42,360 nucleotides of DNA, from contig DASRYI010000083.1 in assembly GCA_035687255.1 (NCBI GenBank), positions 1-42,360 on the forward strand, in the 5' to 3' direction. Positions within the stretch are counted from its first letter, which is position 1. Each line of letters starts with the position of its first letter. A program made the position numbers and the translations under genes. Source of the stretch: Candidatus Krumholzibacteriia bacterium (lineage in GTDB: Bacteria > Krumholzibacteriota > Krumholzibacteriia > WVZY01 > JAKEHA01). Below are positions 41,207 through 42,360 of this stretch, piece by piece. Below the pieces are notes generated by a model. It had not been told where the DNA came from. It saw only the letters and a program-made list of their open reading frames with translations, and ran no database searches.

Positions 41207-41632
41207 TCAGAGACTGGCCACCGCGGCCACGGCCACCCCGTAGAGGAACCCCACGAACACCTCGGCCCAGGTGTGGCCGACGAGTTCCTTGAGCCGGTCG
41301 CGGTCGAGGTGGTGGGTCTGGCGCATTTCATCGACCAGCTCGTTGAGGACACGGGCCTGATTGCCCACTTCCTGGCGCAGGCCGGCAGCCTCGAAAATGA
41401 AGTAGAGGCTGAAGAGCAGCGTCACCGCGAAAAGCGGCGACCCCATGCCGGCGTCGCGGCCCACCCCGATGGTGAGCGTGGTGACCAGGGCGGTGTGGGA
41501 AGACGGCATCCCGCCGTTGTCGAAGAACCGCAGCAGGTTGAGCTGGCGGGTCCGAATCAGGTGGAGGATCACCTTGATCAGCTGCGCCGAGAGCCCGGCC
41601 ACCAGCGCGGCGATAGCGACGCGATGAATCAT
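41207..41632 (-). CDS. Divergent PAP2-family membrane protein (DUF212 / acid-phosphatase-vanadium-haloperoxidase-related)
   Basis: Family features are AQLIKVIL, GGMPSSHTALV and GHTWAEVFVGFLYG. The 141-aa protein has several TM helices. Confidence 0.8.
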   Translation of the reverse strand: MIHRVAIAALVAGLSAQLIKVILHLIRTRQLNLLRFFDNGGMPSSHTALVTTLTIGVGRDAGMGSPLFAVTLLFSLYFIFEAAGLRQEVGNQARVLNELVDEMRQTHHLDRDRLKELVGHTWAEVFVGFLYGVAVAAVASL

Positions 41633-41661
41633 GACAGAGCACTCCCGGTGATGGCGTGACG

Positions 41662-41690
41662 TTGACGGAAAATTCGCGCCTTTATATCCT
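41662..41690 (+). promoter_or_regulatory. Candidate promoter of the thiolase-like gene (very short or no leader)
   Basis: TTGACG (41662-41667), 17-nt spacer, TATCCT (41685-41690), then CAAATC, then GTG (41697). Confidence 0.35.
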
Positions 41691-41696
41691 CAAATC

Positions 41697-42360
41697 GTGA
41701 ACGGAATCAAGATCAAAACAGCCGTCATGACGCGCATCGGCCGCCACCAGGACGACTATCACCATCTGCTGGCCCAATCCATCGCGGCGGCGCTGGGGCC
41801 GGGCAATTCGGGCCCGCTGGATTCGATCTTCCTGTCCTCCTTCGCGCCCCGCGAACTGTGCGGAATCGCCGACGCGCGCCAGTCGGTGCGACGGGCGCTG
41901 CGAGCGCTGGACGTCGGCGCGGAGCCGGCGATCCATGGTCCCTTCCGTACCGGCGGTGAAGCTCTCTACCACGCCATCGAACGCAGCCACTCCACCCCGG
42001 ACGACATCCTCGTGGTCGGCTGCGAAAAGATGACGCACATGGATGCCGCCACCGCGTCGGGCCTGCTTGCGCCGCGCGTGTCCGACGCGGTCGAAAACGC
42101 GCACGGCGCCACCCTTCCGGCCCTGGCCGCCCTCGCAGTACGTGCGTACATGGATGCGTTCCGCGTACCCGCCGCGGCATTCGATCAGGTGTCGGTGAAG
42201 AATCACGCGCACGCCGCACGCAACCCGGCCGCACAGTTCCGGCGCGAGATTTCCCTGGACGAAGTGCGCGCGAGTCCGGTGGTGGCGGACCCGCTGCACC
42301 GGCTTCACTGCGCGCCCATGTCGGACGGCGCCGCCGCGTGCGTGCTCACGCGCCGCGAGG
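41697..42360 (+). CDS. Thiolase-like protein (SCP-x / acetyl-CoA acetyltransferase superfamily), N-terminal ~221 codons (partial; runs off right edge)
   Basis: This frame is not in the track because it has no stop in the window. Hand translation gives VNGIKIKTAVMTRIGRHQDDYHHLLAQSIAAALG...DDILVVGCEKMTHMD...AAFDQVSVKNHAHAARNPAAQFRREISLDEVRASPVVADPLHRLHCAPMSDGAAACVLTRRE. The motifs GxEKM, KNHxxAxxNPxAxF and ADPL..x..C.P.SDGAAA are typical of the thiolase fold. Confidence 0.8.
   Translation, partial: MNGIKIKTAVMTRIGRHQDDYHHLLAQSIAAALGPGNSGPLDSIFLSSFAPRELCGIADARQSVRRALRALDVGAEPAIHGPFRTGGEALYHAIERSHSTPDDILVVGCEKMTHMDAATASGLLAPRVSDAVENAHGATLPALAALAVRAYMDAFRVPAAAFDQVSVKNHAHAARNPAAQFRREISLDEVRASPVVADPLHRLHCAPMSDGAAACVLTRRE

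Overview
This is a 42,360-nt, gene-dense bacterial chromosomal segment. It looks G+C-rich, roughly two-thirds by eye (not computed). I found no rRNA, tRNA or CRISPR array.

Gene order, left to right:
(i) The 5' part of an IS-type transposase gene (minus strand, runs off the left edge), then an orphan lipoprotein gene.
(ii) A plus-strand block: PBP-like binding protein, TPR protein, ExbB, ExbD, ExbD, TonB.
(iii) Housekeeping genes: membrane pyrophosphatase (hppA), a STAS-domain protein, tyrS, a class A penicillin-binding protein and alr.
(iv) An 823-aa secreted protein with a T9SS-type C-terminal domain.
(v) An acyl-CoA dehydrogenase-etfB-etfA operon.
(vi) The stand-out feature: three head-to-tail ~5-kb paralogous genes (21076-36275, minus strand, about one third of the window). 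Each encodes a ~1650-aa secreted protein. Each fuses a gingipain-like C25 cysteine peptidase (His/Cys dyad retained) to beta-sandwich modules, an FN3 domain, about eight FG-GAP/VCBS repeats and a T9SS-type/FlgD-Ig-like C-terminal domain.
(vii) clpB, a multidomain metzincin lipoprotein, a divergent-PAP2 (DUF212-like) membrane protein, and the 5' part of a thiolase-like gene at the right edge.

Most intergenic regions carry hand-recognisable TTGAC(N)-17/18-TAnnnT promoters and GGAGG-type Shine-Dalgarno sites. Three convergent junctions carry A-tract/GC-stem/T-tract bidirectional terminators. I judge all long ORFs antisense to these genes to be high-GC shadow ORFs.

All family assignments come from motif recognition by eye. 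No searches or computations were run.
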